Origin: a virus
Lineage: Duplodnaviria; Caudoviricetes
Direction: 5' to 3' (one strand)
DNA length: 64,000 bases
Virus record (IMG/VR): IMGVR_UViG_2636415851_000001
Coordinates: 1 to 64,000 of that record
Shown here: positions 9,145-19,060 of the stretch, piece by piece
Layout of the letters: every line of letters begins with the position of its first letter
Numbering within the stretch: the stretch's first letter is position 1
Notes under the pieces: generated by a model
What the model was told of the DNA's origin: nothing
The model's input: only the letters and a program-made list of their open reading frames with translations
The model's database searches: none
Position numbers and translations under genes: made by a program

Positions 9145-10419
9145 TCAGGACGGGTATTTGCCGATGTTCAGCTTCTCGACCTCGAGGAGCGTCTTCACCT
9201 TGTGGACGAAGACCGCGTGGTCGGCCGACCAGGGCTCGCCGGCGGCATCCTTCTTGATCGCCCAATCGGTGGCATCGACGCAGGCCCTCACCAGTGGGTG
9301 CAGGTACTCCGGCGTCTGCTCCTTCCACGAAGGGGCGGCTGACTTCAGGACTCCGCGACGGGCGGGGGCGTCGAGCTCGGCATTGAGGGCGATGGCAAGG
9401 ATCTTCTCGACTGCCTCGAGCGCCTTGGCCTCGTCTCCCTTGGCAATCATCAAGTCGGGAACCTCAGGAAGAGTGTCCGGCTTGGTTTCGGGCGGCTTCT
9501 CGTCCTGCTTCTTGTCTGCCTGCTTCGGCTCAGAGCTGCCCTGAGGCGAGCGTTCTGGCTGCCGGCGGTCCTTGCCACCGTCTCGACTGTCGTTCCGCTG
9601 CTGGCGGGGCTCCTGTACTCGGTCCCCGTCGTTCTGGAGGTTCATCCCCATCTGCTGTCGATGCTCGAGGGCCGGTGTGGCGCTGGCGTCGATGACCTCG
9701 CCCGTGAAAGGATTGACCCGCTCGGTCATCCTTGGCTGGGTGAAGTCGAAGAGCTCGTCCTGGCGCTCCAGGAGTGCGCGGATCTTGTCGTTGTTGACCG
9801 CGATGTACTTGGCGCCGCGACGGAGCACGGCTTTCCGGTACATCTCGTTGGTCCAGTCTCGCCATGCCGGGCTGTTGGGGGCCTTGGATGCCTTGCGCAC
9901 CCGCTCGAAGTCCTCCAGCGACATCGTCTCGAGGTGCATGACGTTGCCAGCCTCGTCGCGGAATACCGCATAGCCACCCACGACCGGGCCGCGCTCCTCT
10001 GCGGAGGCGAATGGGTTGGACTTGTGCGACAGCGAGTTCGGATCGGCCTCGTCGAGCACAAACTCGTCGTTCTTGTAGACGAGCTTGCAGTCGATCCTGA
10101 AAACACCGCCGAGCTCCTTCACCCGCTTGATGATGCCGAGCACCATCGGCTGGTACTGCAGCTCCCCCTTGTAGGGGATCATGGCGGCTTCCTTGTTGTC
10201 GGGGACAAGGCCGTCGGCCGCGCACTTGCGGATCTCGCGCCGGATGGAGTCCTCTGAGCACAAGAGGATGTCCGGGTTCTGCTGCACCGCCGTCATGAAG
10301 ACGGTCCGCAGGCGGTCGAAGCTCTGGCCGGCTTCCTGCAGAAGGGGCGCGAGATCCGCACGAAGCCCCTCCAGCAGAGGGGCGGGGTTCACGGGGCTAA
10401 CGGTGATTTGGTTGCTCAT
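9145..10419 (-). CDS. recT: RecT-family single-strand annealing protein
   Basis: GLVPDNKEAAMIPY...YQPMVLG; W...EMYRKAVLRR motif. Confidence 0.88.
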   Translation of the reverse strand: MSNQITVSPVNPAPLLEGLRADLAPLLQEAGQSFDRLRTVFMTAVQQNPDILLCSEDSIRREIRKCAADGLVPDNKEAAMIPYKGELQYQPMVLGIIKRVKELGGVFRIDCKLVYKNDEFVLDEADPNSLSHKSNPFASAEERGPVVGGYAVFRDEAGNVMHLETMSLEDFERVRKASKAPNSPAWRDWTNEMYRKAVLRRGAKYIAVNNDKIRALLERQDELFDFTQPRMTERVNPFTGEVIDASATPALEHRQQMGMNLQNDGDRVQEPRQQRNDSRDGGKDRRQPERSPQGSSEPKQADKKQDEKPPETKPDTLPEVPDLMIAKGDEAKALEAVEKILAIALNAELDAPARRGVLKSAAPSWKEQTPEYLHPLVRACVDATDWAIKKDAAGEPWSADHAVFVHKVKTLLEVEKLNIGKYPS

Positions 10420-11530
10420 ACTGGATCCCTCGGTTGTAGGTGGGCATGACTGTGTGGTTGAGCCGCAGCGGCATTTTTGGCGGCGGCGTCCAGAGCTGGT
10501 CCGGGCCGAAGAGGGCCATGTACGTGCGGTAGGTTTCGAGGGCGTCCGCCACTACGCGCTTGGCGTGGTCGAACATCTTGTCCTCGGTGTCGATCGACAG
10601 CGTGATCGGGATCATGGCGTTGTCCCGGCGCATCATGACCCACACCCAATCCACACCCTCCGAATGGAAGAAGTTCTTGAGGTAGTCCCCGGGAGGGGGG
10701 TCGCCGAAGACCATGCCCTGCTCCAGGAGCGAGCGGGCGGCGAAGTAGCCGTCCATGTAGGTGCCAACCTGCAGGTCGTAGGCCATGTCATAGACCTTGC
10801 GGATGGCTGCTTCCTCGTCGCTGCCGCCCTTGAAGGTGGTGAAGGACTTGAGGTCGACGATCAGCGACTTCACCCTGTTGCCCATGGGGGCGAGCGAGTA
10901 GTCGAAGCGGGCCTTGCGGCGGATGCCGTTCTCGTCCACCCAAATGATGGACATCTCGGCCGCGCCGTTGATCAGAGAGCCGGCCACCATGACGGAAGTA
11001 AGCACCGGATCCCGCTGCATGTTCGCAACGGCGTCCTCTATCTCCTGCACCTGGCGCTCGGTGAGCTCGACGTAGTCCGGGTGCTCGTAATGCCAGCGCG
11101 CAAGGATCTCGTCGAAGAAGGGCGGGCAGTCATCGACCTCCTTGGCGCGCGCCATCAGGTCCGGCTTGTTGCCCGTGACCTTCTGGCCGTGCATGCGAAG
11201 GAACTCCTTGATGTCGTCGACCGTGTTGAGCGCGTCCGGATAATCCTTCGGGCTCGGCGGCTTGGCGTAGCGCTCCTCGAATGCCGCCTTGCCCTCGAGC
11301 ACGCGGCAGTGCCAGGCATGGCCCCATTTCAGGTGCTCGGGCTCCACCTCCTTGACCGGACGCAGCCGGTCGTACTGCCACTTGCATGGCTTGCTCGCGA
11401 GATCCTTGATGGAGGTGGACCCAAGCGCCGTGTCGGCGTGGTAGATGTGCTCGGGTAGATCGAAGTAGATCCCGGGCGGGAGGGTGTAGGTGCCGTCTTC
11501 GTTGGCCTTGAAGTCGAGATAAGTCTTCAC
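10397..11530 (-). CDS. RecE/Exo VIII-like PD-(D/E)XK exonuclease (DUF3799-like)
   Basis: YHADTALGSTSIK, GHAWH, KARFD, IVDLKS, YDLQ motifs; adjacent to recT. Confidence 0.85.
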   Translation of the reverse strand: MKTYLDFKANEDGTYTLPPGIYFDLPEHIYHADTALGSTSIKDLASKPCKWQYDRLRPVKEVEPEHLKWGHAWHCRVLEGKAAFEERYAKPPSPKDYPDALNTVDDIKEFLRMHGQKVTGNKPDLMARAKEVDDCPPFFDEILARWHYEHPDYVELTERQVQEIEDAVANMQRDPVLTSVMVAGSLINGAAEMSIIWVDENGIRRKARFDYSLAPMGNRVKSLIVDLKSFTTFKGGSDEEAAIRKVYDMAYDLQVGTYMDGYFAARSLLEQGMVFGDPPPGDYLKNFFHSEGVDWVWVMMRRDNAMIPITLSIDTEDKMFDHAKRVVADALETYRTYMALFGPDQLWTPPPKMPLRLNHTVMPTYNRGIQYEQPNHR

Positions 11531-12807
11531 TCCGCCGCCTCCTTGAACGAGGCAACCATGCCGTCCTCAATGACGACGGCGCTCTCGCGGCCGGAGGAGA
11601 CCGTCTCCACCCACACCTGAAGGTCACGCTCGTCGGCATATTCCTTCAGCGCGGCCATGGAGTCGGCATCGAGAAGCGAACCGTCGCGAACGCGAATGAC
11701 GCGCAGCTTCGGGTTCATAGCGCCGGCGACAGCGATCGACACGCGCAGCTGCTCTGCATCGCTCGCCTGATTGAAGGGCTGGCCGTTGAGAAGGACGGCG
11801 TCCTCGGTGAGCTCGAGGCCAGGGACGGGGAGATCCGCATCGCGAACGGCCTTGGCAGCTTCCGCCTTGCGCTTCTCCATCGCCTTGGTGAGCGCGTCGC
11901 TCTTCTCCTCGGCGGCCTTCAGCTCGGCCTGCAGGGCTTCCTTCTGCTGTCGGCGATCGACGCGGCGGTTGATCTCCTCGGACTCGGTGATGCGCAGGCG
12001 GATAGGCTCGAGATCGATCTTCTCGCCGGTCACGACCGCGCCGTCCACCTCGTCGCGGAGCTCTTCGATGTCCTGCTCGAGGGAAACGATTTCACGCTCC
12101 AGGGTCTTGATCGTCTCCCGCTTCGACGAGACGGCCTCCTCGAGTCGCGCGATGCGCTCTTCGAGATTGACGCGGTTACGCGCTGCCGTGTCGATCTTGG
12201 CGTTGTGGTCCATCGCCTGCTGGAGCTCGGCCATCAGCTCGTCAGCGCGGATCCGCTCGGCCGGGGTATCGTCAGGCACGACGATGCTCTCGATACGTGG
12301 CTTCAGATCCCGGATGGTGCGGTTGACGTCGGTGCGCGCATCGAAGTCCGTCTGGTTGGCCTTGTCCGCCGCTGCGAAGTCGTAGCCGGGGACCAGAGCG
12401 CGCAGGGCAACGACCTGTTCGCGTGGCTTCATGCGGGAAAAGGCGAGGGGGTCGAAGGTGAGATCGCCGATGAAGCTGTTCAGCAGCTCCTGCGGGCTAC
12501 CGAACTTGGCGCCGTCCTTGTTCTGCACCGTCAGCGTGATGGTGTGGTCGCCGTCATCCTTCACCTTGAATTTCTTGGTGACGATGTACTCGCCGAGATC
12601 CAGCTTGATGTAGCCGCTCTCTGCGCCTTCGCGCACCGGCTTCTTCTGGACCACCTTGTTGATGTCCAGCGCCCACCAGATGGCGTCGAGGATGGAGGTC
12701 TTGCCCTGGCCGTTCTTGCCGGTGATCTCCACCAGGTTGCCGTCGGGGGTAATGTCGACGGCGACCAGCCGCTTAATGTTCTCAGCCGTCAGCTGAACGA
12801 TTTTCAT
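11527..12807 (-). CDS. SMC/Rad50-like ABC ATPase with coiled coil
   Basis: ENIKRL, Walker A GKNGQGKT, coiled coil, ASDAEQ signature, DGSLLD. Confidence 0.85.
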   Translation of the reverse strand: MKIVQLTAENIKRLVAVDITPDGNLVEITGKNGQGKTSILDAIWWALDINKVVQKKPVREGAESGYIKLDLGEYIVTKKFKVKDDGDHTITLTVQNKDGAKFGSPQELLNSFIGDLTFDPLAFSRMKPREQVVALRALVPGYDFAAADKANQTDFDARTDVNRTIRDLKPRIESIVVPDDTPAERIRADELMAELQQAMDHNAKIDTAARNRVNLEERIARLEEAVSSKRETIKTLEREIVSLEQDIEELRDEVDGAVVTGEKIDLEPIRLRITESEEINRRVDRRQQKEALQAELKAAEEKSDALTKAMEKRKAEAAKAVRDADLPVPGLELTEDAVLLNGQPFNQASDAEQLRVSIAVAGAMNPKLRVIRVRDGSLLDADSMAALKEYADERDLQVWVETVSSGRESAVVIEDGMVASFKEAAE

Positions 12808-13031
12808 TGTGTTGCCTCGTAAGCTCGGATTGCTGCTCTGCCTTCCGCGATGAACTGCTCGCGGGTCTTCTCCGGCAGGCGCCGCCAACGACGGACGCAT
12901 GCCTCCTCCGGTGTTTCCGGGATGGGTTTGCCGCTCACGTCGTTGCCCTTGGGCATCAGGTTCCCGAAGCTGTGGCGGATGAATTGCTTGTAGATCGCGA
13001 AGCCGGCGGCCTCTTCCTGCTCCGGGGTCAC
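12804..13031 (-). CDS. Hypothetical protein
   Basis: 75 aa ORF coupled to neighbours. Confidence 0.55.
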   Translation of the reverse strand: MTPEQEEAAGFAIYKQFIRHSFGNLMPKGNDVSGKPIPETPEEACVRRWRRLPEKTREQFIAEGRAAIRAYEATQ

Positions 13032-13198
13032 AGCTGTGCCCCAAGCGCTCTCGCCAGCGTCTGCTGGCCAGCCTGGTGGATCAGGTTGGCCTGTCTTTCG
13101 GTCAGTGATTCGCCGCGGTGCCAGCTACGGATCGCATCGGCCGTCTCTTCCGTGAGGACGACGATCTTGCTCCGGTCGATCTGCTCTTGAGTTTTCAT
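13028..13198 (-). CDS. First PL-operon gene, hypothetical
   Basis: MKTQEQID start with GAGG RBS just downstream of PL. Confidence 0.55.
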   Translation of the reverse strand: MKTQEQIDRSKIVVLTEETADAIRSWHRGESLTERQANLIHQAGQQTLARALGAQL

Positions 13199-13226
13199 GA
13201 TGCCCTCGAAAGTGCGAAAATTCACG

Positions 13227-13268
13227 CCGTATTGAAGTAAATGATACGGAATGAATAGATCGTGTCAA
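13227..13268 (-). promoter_or_regulatory. PL promoter overlapped by a putative repressor operator
   Basis: Minus strand TTGACA (13263-13268)-N16-TATCAT (13241-13246); palindrome CCGTAT-N11-ATACGG at 13227-13249. Confidence 0.75.
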
Positions 13269-13878
13269 TACGGGCATGAAAAAATACATGACGCATTGAC
13301 AGAGGGCGGGTGCGGGGAGCAGAAATGAAGAAGCCCCGCACCTCTTGGAAGGAGGTCGGGGCTTAGACTGGATGAATGGTTTCGCGGCCTGATCCAGTGC
13401 GTGGGAACATACTACATCCACGTACTTTTTCAAGCGAAGCGTATCAATTCGATCAGTCTGCAGCATGGATATGACGCGGACCGGTTCGCCCATGCTGTAG
13501 GTTCAGAGCAAGAACGGGATTCGATCTGGCTCAAAGGGTCTCTGGCGGCGAAAGCTGGCAGCCTGCCCTGATCGACGGGGACGTCCCCGAAAAAGAGGCT
13601 GATGTGGTGAGGCGGACGTGGACGCCGTCACCTGTGGGATAAGCGGTGGTCGGCTCGGTCGGGCAAGATACCCCTTCCACTCCAGGAAGCTCGCCTTTCG
13701 TCAAGGCGGGGTTCTTGGTTTGTGGGCATCACGATGATCTCTCCATCAAGCAAAACAGAAAAATCTTGGGGCTGAAGAGGTAGAGGGAGGAGAGGCAATG
13801 ATGCTGAAATCCTTGCTCATACCCCTCATGGTTGAGGTAGACAGGGGCCCGGAAAAAAATCGCGCGCCCCTGCCAAGA

Positions 13879-14577
13879 TCAGACAAGCATTGAGACTTTT
13901 GCTTTTATCCGCCCGACGATACCGGCCTCGTGGGTCTCGCACTCGTGAGTTGCGTACCGCGGATTGCGGCTGCTGAGGCGGAGCTTCGGCGGCTTGGAGT
14001 GCGGGATTGTTTCGACGATGCGGATAACGACCCCGATGCCATCATGGACAGCAAAGACACCAGGCGGTGTCGGGAGTACGTCGTCCAGGTCGACGATCGC
14101 CCGGTCGCCCGGGTACATGGACCCAGGCGCCGTAGGATTGTTCGGGTCGTACATCGAATCCCCGAGTACTTCTAGGACGCGGGCACGCTGCTCCCCTATC
14201 CTCAGTCTGTCCTTGATGAAAACGTCCGGCATCTCCCAAAACTCCTCCAACTCAAACACATCCAATGAAGCCAGAAAGGCCTTCTTCCCGGCGGAGGACA
14301 CGGTAGGTTCTTCTTTGTGGAGATTTACTGAAGAGGGAGAGCGCTCTGCTTCCCCATTTTGAGACGAATCAGCCTCTCCGTAGAGAAGCCACGAAGGTGA
14401 TACTCCGAACGCATTGGCATAATCTCTCGCCCTGTCGGCATCGAATGCCCGGCCGCCATTTTCATGCGCTGTGTATGAAACAGGGTTAAACCCAAGCATC
14501 CGTGCGGCCACGGAAGCTGACTTATACCCTGCATTCTTGCGGGCTTCGCGCAGCCGCTTTCCAGGTTCCGACTTCAT
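13879..14577 (-). CDS. cI: CI-like repressor (XRE HTH + S24 peptidase domain)
   Basis: RLREARKNAG...HENGGR HTH; VLGDSM...PGD, LSSRNPRY, IVGRI S24 features. Confidence 0.9.
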   Translation of the reverse strand: MKSEPGKRLREARKNAGYKSASVAARMLGFNPVSYTAHENGGRAFDADRARDYANAFGVSPSWLLYGEADSSQNGEAERSPSSVNLHKEEPTVSSAGKKAFLASLDVFELEEFWEMPDVFIKDRLRIGEQRARVLEVLGDSMYDPNNPTAPGSMYPGDRAIVDLDDVLPTPPGVFAVHDGIGVVIRIVETIPHSKPPKLRLSSRNPRYATHECETHEAGIVGRIKAKVSMLV

Positions 14578-14613
14578 ATCGTACTACTCCTCACAAAATC
14601 GATACGTTGCGTA

Positions 14614-14663
14614 TTGACATCGATTGCCTTCGCTCCGTATAAATTACATCAAAACGGAGCGAA
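14614..14663 (+). promoter_or_regulatory. PR promoter and putative operator
   Basis: TTGACA at 14614 and TATAAA at 14638; inverted repeat TTCGCTCCGTAT-N11-AAACGGAGCGAA. Confidence 0.75.
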
Positions 14664-14668
14664 TTTAA

Positions 14669-14941
14669 ATGACGTGCAGTGAACCAGTCAATGATGGATT
14701 TCAGGTTAAGCTCACCGGCGATCAGGTGAAATTCATCCGGAACGTGTTGGGTGAGAGCCAGGCGAAGTTCGCCAAGCGGTTTGCGATCTCTTCCGCCACC
14801 ATGTGGCGTATCGAGGACAAGGGTCCGGAGGAGTGCACTGGTCCGGAGATCATCCTTATCGACCAGCTGGCGAAGCGTTACTCAATGCCCGTCCCTGATG
14901 TCCTGATGAGGCGCCCCGACCCTGCAGAAGCCGCTGAATAA
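14669..14941 (+). CDS. cro: Cro-like HTH regulator
   Basis: Divergent from cI; IRNVLGESQAKFAKRFAISSATMWRIE HTH. Confidence 0.8.
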   Translation: MTCSEPVNDGFQVKLTGDQVKFIRNVLGESQAKFAKRFAISSATMWRIEDKGPEECTGPEIILIDQLAKRYSMPVPDVLMRRPDPAEAAE

Positions 14942-14955
14942 GGCGGTGGCAGGGG

Positions 14956-15294
14956 ATGGTTAGGGGGAAGCCATTCGAGTGGGACAGGGAGAGCGACAAG
15001 GCTCTCCTGGCGATGGTGAAATCGGGCATGTCGCACCGCTCGATCGCCAAGGAGATGGGCATCAACCATCCCCAGGTATCGCGGCGACTGGCCAAGCTGC
15101 GGGAGCAGGAGGCGGAGAAGTCCGCCACTAACCAGCTCGTCATCGGCAAACATCTCCCATCCTACAAGGCGGCGCGTCGGGGCTTCCACGTCCCGGCTCA
15201 TCTGGAGCCGCAATACTTCGAACTCCTGAAGAGCGGAGTCCCGATCGCCGAGGCGTGCCGGCGGCTGGGCATCAACAAGCACGATCCAGTCTGA
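14956..15294 (+). CDS. HTH protein (GcrA/CII-like position)
   Basis: WDRESDKALL..SGMSHRSIAKEMGINHPQVSRRL; second short HTH-like C-terminus. Confidence 0.7.
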   Translation: MVRGKPFEWDRESDKALLAMVKSGMSHRSIAKEMGINHPQVSRRLAKLREQEAEKSATNQLVIGKHLPSYKAARRGFHVPAHLEPQYFELLKSGVPIAEACRRLGINKHDPV

Positions 15295-15304
15295 AGAGGT
15301 TGAG

Positions 15305-15781
15305 ATGATGAGCAGGGACCATAACGAGAAGACGGAGCAGGAGCTCTACGAGGACCAGCAGTTCATGAAGGGGTTCGCAGACCTCAAGAAACTGCAGTCG
15401 ACCATGGCCGGGACCAAGGGCGACATGGGTGCAATCTACAAGCGGCTGAAGGATCTCGGCTTCTCCAAGAAGGATGTCGAGTTTGCCTTCACGCTCGAGG
15501 ACAAGGACGTCGGCCAGGTGATCGCCGACTTCGAGAACAAGATCCGCATCGCAAAACTGTTCGGCCACCAGCTCGGCCGCCAGATGAGCCTGCTCGACCA
15601 GGACCGCACGCCGCAGGAAGACCGCGCCTACGAAGAAGGCAAGGCCGCCGGCATGCTGCGCAAGAGCGGGAGCAACCCGTACCAGCCCGGCAGCCCCGAG
15701 TTCCAGTCGTGGCAGAAGGGCATGAACGACGGCCACGCCTTCATCAACAAAGACCTCGCCGCCGCAGTCAGCCCGAACTGA
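15305..15781 (+). CDS. GapR-like N-terminus fused to an RMF-like C-terminal motif
   Basis: DMGAIYKRLKDLGFSKKDV resembles GapR/DUF2312; AYEEGKAAG..NPY....FQSWQKG resembles RMF. Confidence 0.55.
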   Translation: MMSRDHNEKTEQELYEDQQFMKGFADLKKLQSTMAGTKGDMGAIYKRLKDLGFSKKDVEFAFTLEDKDVGQVIADFENKIRIAKLFGHQLGRQMSLLDQDRTPQEDRAYEEGKAAGMLRKSGSNPYQPGSPEFQSWQKGMNDGHAFINKDLAAAVSPN

Positions 15782-15834
15782 CCCGGCCAACAGGCAGTCA
15801 CCCCGGCGAGAATGCCACCACAAGGAGAAGTGTA

Positions 15835-16083
15835 ATGCACGACAGTATCGGCAAAACCTACAGGGACAAGATCACTGGATTTCAGGGCGTGGCGACAGGC
15901 CACGTCGATTACATCACCGGCTGCAACCAGACACTGCTGCAGCCGAAGAGCGCTGATCCTGCCAAGCGCGCAGAGGCGGAGTGGTTCGACGACCAGCGCC
16001 TTGAGGAAGTCCCGAACGTCAACCGGATCATCCTCAATAACGGGCAGACCCCGGGTTTTGATCGAGAGGCGCCGAAGCGCTGA
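15835..16083 (+). CDS. Conserved-looking phage hypothetical protein (SH3-like)
   Basis: GKTYRDKITGFQGVATG...TGCNQ...WFDDQRL; AAGGAG RBS. Confidence 0.7.
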   Translation: MHDSIGKTYRDKITGFQGVATGHVDYITGCNQTLLQPKSADPAKRAEAEWFDDQRLEEVPNVNRIILNNGQTPGFDREAPKR

Positions 16084-16095
16084 TGGCCATGTGTC

Positions 16096-16479
16096 ATGAG
16101 GCACGGGCGGGCCACCCAATACCAGCAGCGGAAGCTGGAAGCCGCCTTCGCGAAAGCTGATCGCGAGGCGGCGCTGAGGAAGCAGGACGGGCGGTGCAAA
16201 TACTGCCTCGTCCGCCTCACCTACAAGAACGTCACCCGGGACCACGTCATAGCCCGAGCGACTGGTGGCCTCGACCACCGCAACAACATCGTCGCCGCCT
16301 GCGAGCGCTGCAACAAGGCCAAGGGGATGATGTCGGTCAAGCTGTTCATGCGTCTGATCACATTCCCACGGCCGGGCGAGGACATCCGCTACCGGATGAT
16401 CTGGTTCGACCTCCGCATCAACAGGGCGCTGATGGAAATGGAAAAGAACGTGTTCAAAGCCGTGGGGATTAAGAGTTGA
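16096..16479 (+). CDS. HNH endonuclease
   Basis: CKYC...TRDHVIARATGG...NIVAACERCNKAK. Confidence 0.88.
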   Translation: MRHGRATQYQQRKLEAAFAKADREAALRKQDGRCKYCLVRLTYKNVTRDHVIARATGGLDHRNNIVAACERCNKAKGMMSVKLFMRLITFPRPGEDIRYRMIWFDLRINRALMEMEKNVFKAVGIKS

Positions 16480-17048
16480 GCGCCTGGTTTTTCGACCCTC
16501 TGCTACCTCTGCACTATGAGATGCTCGTGATCGACCCGCCGTGGGGGTTCGACCTTTACAGCGATGAGGGCATCGAAAAGTCGGCCCAAGCTCACTACGA
16601 CCTGATGACCGATGAGCAGATCCTCGGCCTGCCGGTCGGGCAGCTCGCGTCAATGAACTGCCTCTTATACCTTTGGGCCACGGCCCCGAAGCTCCCCTTC
16701 GCTATCGACTGCGTCAAGGCATGGGGGTTTGAGTACAAGTCCTACATGGTCTGGCGGAAGACCACCGTTAGAGGGAAGGTCCGCGTCGGGACCGGGTACC
16801 GCGTGCGCTCGACGGGCGAAATGGTCGTCGTTGGGACACTCGGAAATCCCAAGCAGTCCTACGTGCCTCACACAGTTTTCGACGGGGTTGCTCGTCAGCA
16901 CAGCCGCAAGCCTGACGAGTTCTATACGCTCTGTGACAGGGTAATGCCGCACGCGCGACGTGCAGACGTCTTCACCCGAGAGAGCCGCCCTGGCTGGCAC
17001 GGCTTCGGCAATGAGGCGACCAAGTTCGACGCCGAGGTGGCAGCATGA
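16476..17048 (+). CDS. MT-A70 family adenine methyltransferase
   Basis: DPPW, LYLWAT, WGFEYKS, HSRKPDEFY motifs. Confidence 0.9.
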   Translation: MSAWFFDPLLPLHYEMLVIDPPWGFDLYSDEGIEKSAQAHYDLMTDEQILGLPVGQLASMNCLLYLWATAPKLPFAIDCVKAWGFEYKSYMVWRKTTVRGKVRVGTGYRVRSTGEMVVVGTLGNPKQSYVPHTVFDGVARQHSRKPDEFYTLCDRVMPHARRADVFTRESRPGWHGFGNEATKFDAEVAA

Positions 17049-17632
17049 GCACAGCGCCCGGCAGCTACTTCGTGTTCGACCCTGGCAGGACTATGGGTTT
17101 TGCCTATTGCCTCGCCGGCGGAGAGAAGATCCGGCACGGCACCTGGCGTTTCAACCAGAAATCTCCGGGCGCCGCCTATGCCGAGTTCATCACCTACCTG
17201 AAGCGTACCCTCACAGGACTCCCTGATCCTCTGGTCGGGATCGAGCTGATGACCATCGTCGACCACGGCCAGAACGGCAAATCGGCGATCGACGCGCAGC
17301 AGGTGATGTTCTCGTCTGGCTGGCCCACCCATGCGCAAACGCTCTGCCACACTATGGGGCTGCGCGAGCCGGAGCTCATGGCGATCTCGACGTGGCGTTC
17401 AAAGACCCACGGCAAAATGCGGGTGCCGGATAACATGAAGGCGCTGAAGCAGGCCGAGAAGAGCAAGTGGCTGAAGCTCCAGGCCAAGCTCTACTGCGAT
17501 AAGAACGGCTGGTCCTACAACACGGAGGACGAAGCCGAAGCGCTCTGCATGCTGGACGCGCTGCGCATCATCCACGAGCCCGACTATGCCTTCGATAAGG
17601 GCCGGTCGTTCCAGCAGGAGAGTTTTCTGTGA
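17045..17632 (+). CDS. RuvC-like Holliday junction resolvase
   Basis: FDPGRTMGFA, IE, DEAEAL RNase H-like acidic motifs. Confidence 0.65.
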   Translation: MSTAPGSYFVFDPGRTMGFAYCLAGGEKIRHGTWRFNQKSPGAAYAEFITYLKRTLTGLPDPLVGIELMTIVDHGQNGKSAIDAQQVMFSSGWPTHAQTLCHTMGLREPELMAISTWRSKTHGKMRVPDNMKALKQAEKSKWLKLQAKLYCDKNGWSYNTEDEAEALCMLDALRIIHEPDYAFDKGRSFQQESFL

Positions 17633-17955
17633 GCGGGCGGACCCCTTGCATCAACCCGAAGTGCCGACGCACGGCCGATGCGGCGAAGTTTCCCGACGAG
17701 ATGATCTGCGGCAAGTGCTTCAAGGCTCTGCCTCAGCAGCTGCGCGAAGATTTCAAGTTTGCGTGGAGGCAGTACCGCAAGTGGGACCGCCGCCGGATGA
17801 AAACGACCGACGAGCTCAAGCTCCAGAAGGTCCACTCGGTCATGGGTATGTGGGGGCGCCGCATCGACGCCACCTGGGTGGAGATCAAGAAGCACCTGAC
17901 GGCTGACGAGAAGCCCGAAGGCCTCGACGCCTTCCTCGAGGAGATGGGGCTTTAG
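17629..17955 (+). CDS. Hypothetical Zn-binding protein
   Basis: PCINPKCRRT...ICGKCF. Confidence 0.65.
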   Translation: MSGRTPCINPKCRRTADAAKFPDEMICGKCFKALPQQLREDFKFAWRQYRKWDRRRMKTTDELKLQKVHSVMGMWGRRIDATWVEIKKHLTADEKPEGLDAFLEEMGL

Positions 17956-17956
17956 C

Positions 17957-19060
17957 ATGCGGTTCTCAGACCAGTTCATCAACGACCTGCGGGACAGGAT
18001 CTCGATCTCGGACGTGGTGGGCACCCGTGTAACCTGGGACCGGGCGAAGACCAGACCTCAGAAGGGTGATTATTGGGGCTGCTGCCCCTTTCATGGCGAG
18101 AGCCGCCCGTCCTTCCACTGCGAGGACCGCAAGGGGCGGTACCATTGCTTCGGCTGCGGCCAGTCGGGCGACCACTTCAGGTTCTTCATGGATCTTGATG
18201 GCGTCTCGTTCCCCCGGGCAATCGAGATGGTGGCGTCGCTCGCTGGCGTCGGCCTGCCGGACCGTGAGGAATCGCCCACCGAAAAGCGCGAGCGCATGAA
18301 GCGCGAGGCTGACCGACAGAGGCGCGACCAGCAGCGCGAGCGTCAGAACCAGCGGGAGCAGGAGCGCAAGGCGGAGACCGTGCGGTCCATCTGGCAGGGC
18401 GCGGTGCCGATCGCCGGCACGCTGGCGGAGGAATACCTGCGGTCCCGTTCGATCGAGATCACGGATTTCCCGGAAGGCACCGAGTGGATGCCGAGCCTTC
18501 GGTTTCACCCAGGCCTGAAGCTAGGGGACGAGCGGTACCCGGCCCTGATCGGCGGGGTGCAGTCCAGGAATCGGAAGCTCACCGCCGTGTGGCGGATCTT
18601 CCTGCGTCAGGACGGCACGGTCCTGAAGGACGCGGACGGCAAGAAGGTGAAGCTCGGGCTGGGCCCTGCCGTTGGCGGGGCGGTGAGGCTCGGGCCGGTC
18701 GGCGAGACCCTGAGGCTCACCGAAGGCATCGAGACAGGACTTGGCGTTGCGCTGCTGACCAGCAGCAAGGCGTCGGTGTGGGCCACCCTGTCCACCTCAG
18801 GAATGATCAACTTCGAAATCCCGGAAGGCGTGAAGCGCCTCGAGATCTACGCGGATGGCGATCGCCACCGCCTCAACAAGCGAACCGGCGACCTGATGGA
18901 TCCGCCGGGCATTGCAGCGGCGAAGCAACTCCAGGAGCGGGCGAGAAAAGAGGGGGTGGAGGCTGTCCTCTTCCCATCCCCGGAGCCCGACGACTGGCTA
19001 GACGTATGGGTACAGAGAAAGAAAGATGAGCAACGATTCCGCACAGTCCAATATCGGTAA
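17957..19060 (+). CDS. DNA primase (CHC2 zinc finger + Toprim)
   Basis: CCPFHGESRPSF, HCFGC, TEGIETG, YADGD, DDWLD. Confidence 0.9.
   Translation: MRFSDQFINDLRDRISISDVVGTRVTWDRAKTRPQKGDYWGCCPFHGESRPSFHCEDRKGRYHCFGCGQSGDHFRFFMDLDGVSFPRAIEMVASLAGVGLPDREESPTEKRERMKREADRQRRDQQRERQNQREQERKAETVRSIWQGAVPIAGTLAEEYLRSRSIEITDFPEGTEWMPSLRFHPGLKLGDERYPALIGGVQSRNRKLTAVWRIFLRQDGTVLKDADGKKVKLGLGPAVGGAVRLGPVGETLRLTEGIETGLGVALLTSSKASVWATLSTSGMINFEIPEGVKRLEIYADGDRHRLNKRTGDLMDPPGIAAAKQLQERARKEGVEAVLFPSPEPDDWLDVWVQRKKDEQRFRTVQYR

Noticed and set aside
13540-13620. Hammerhead ribozyme
   Set aside because: CTGAT and GAAA are present, but the CUGAnGA core and stems do not fit.
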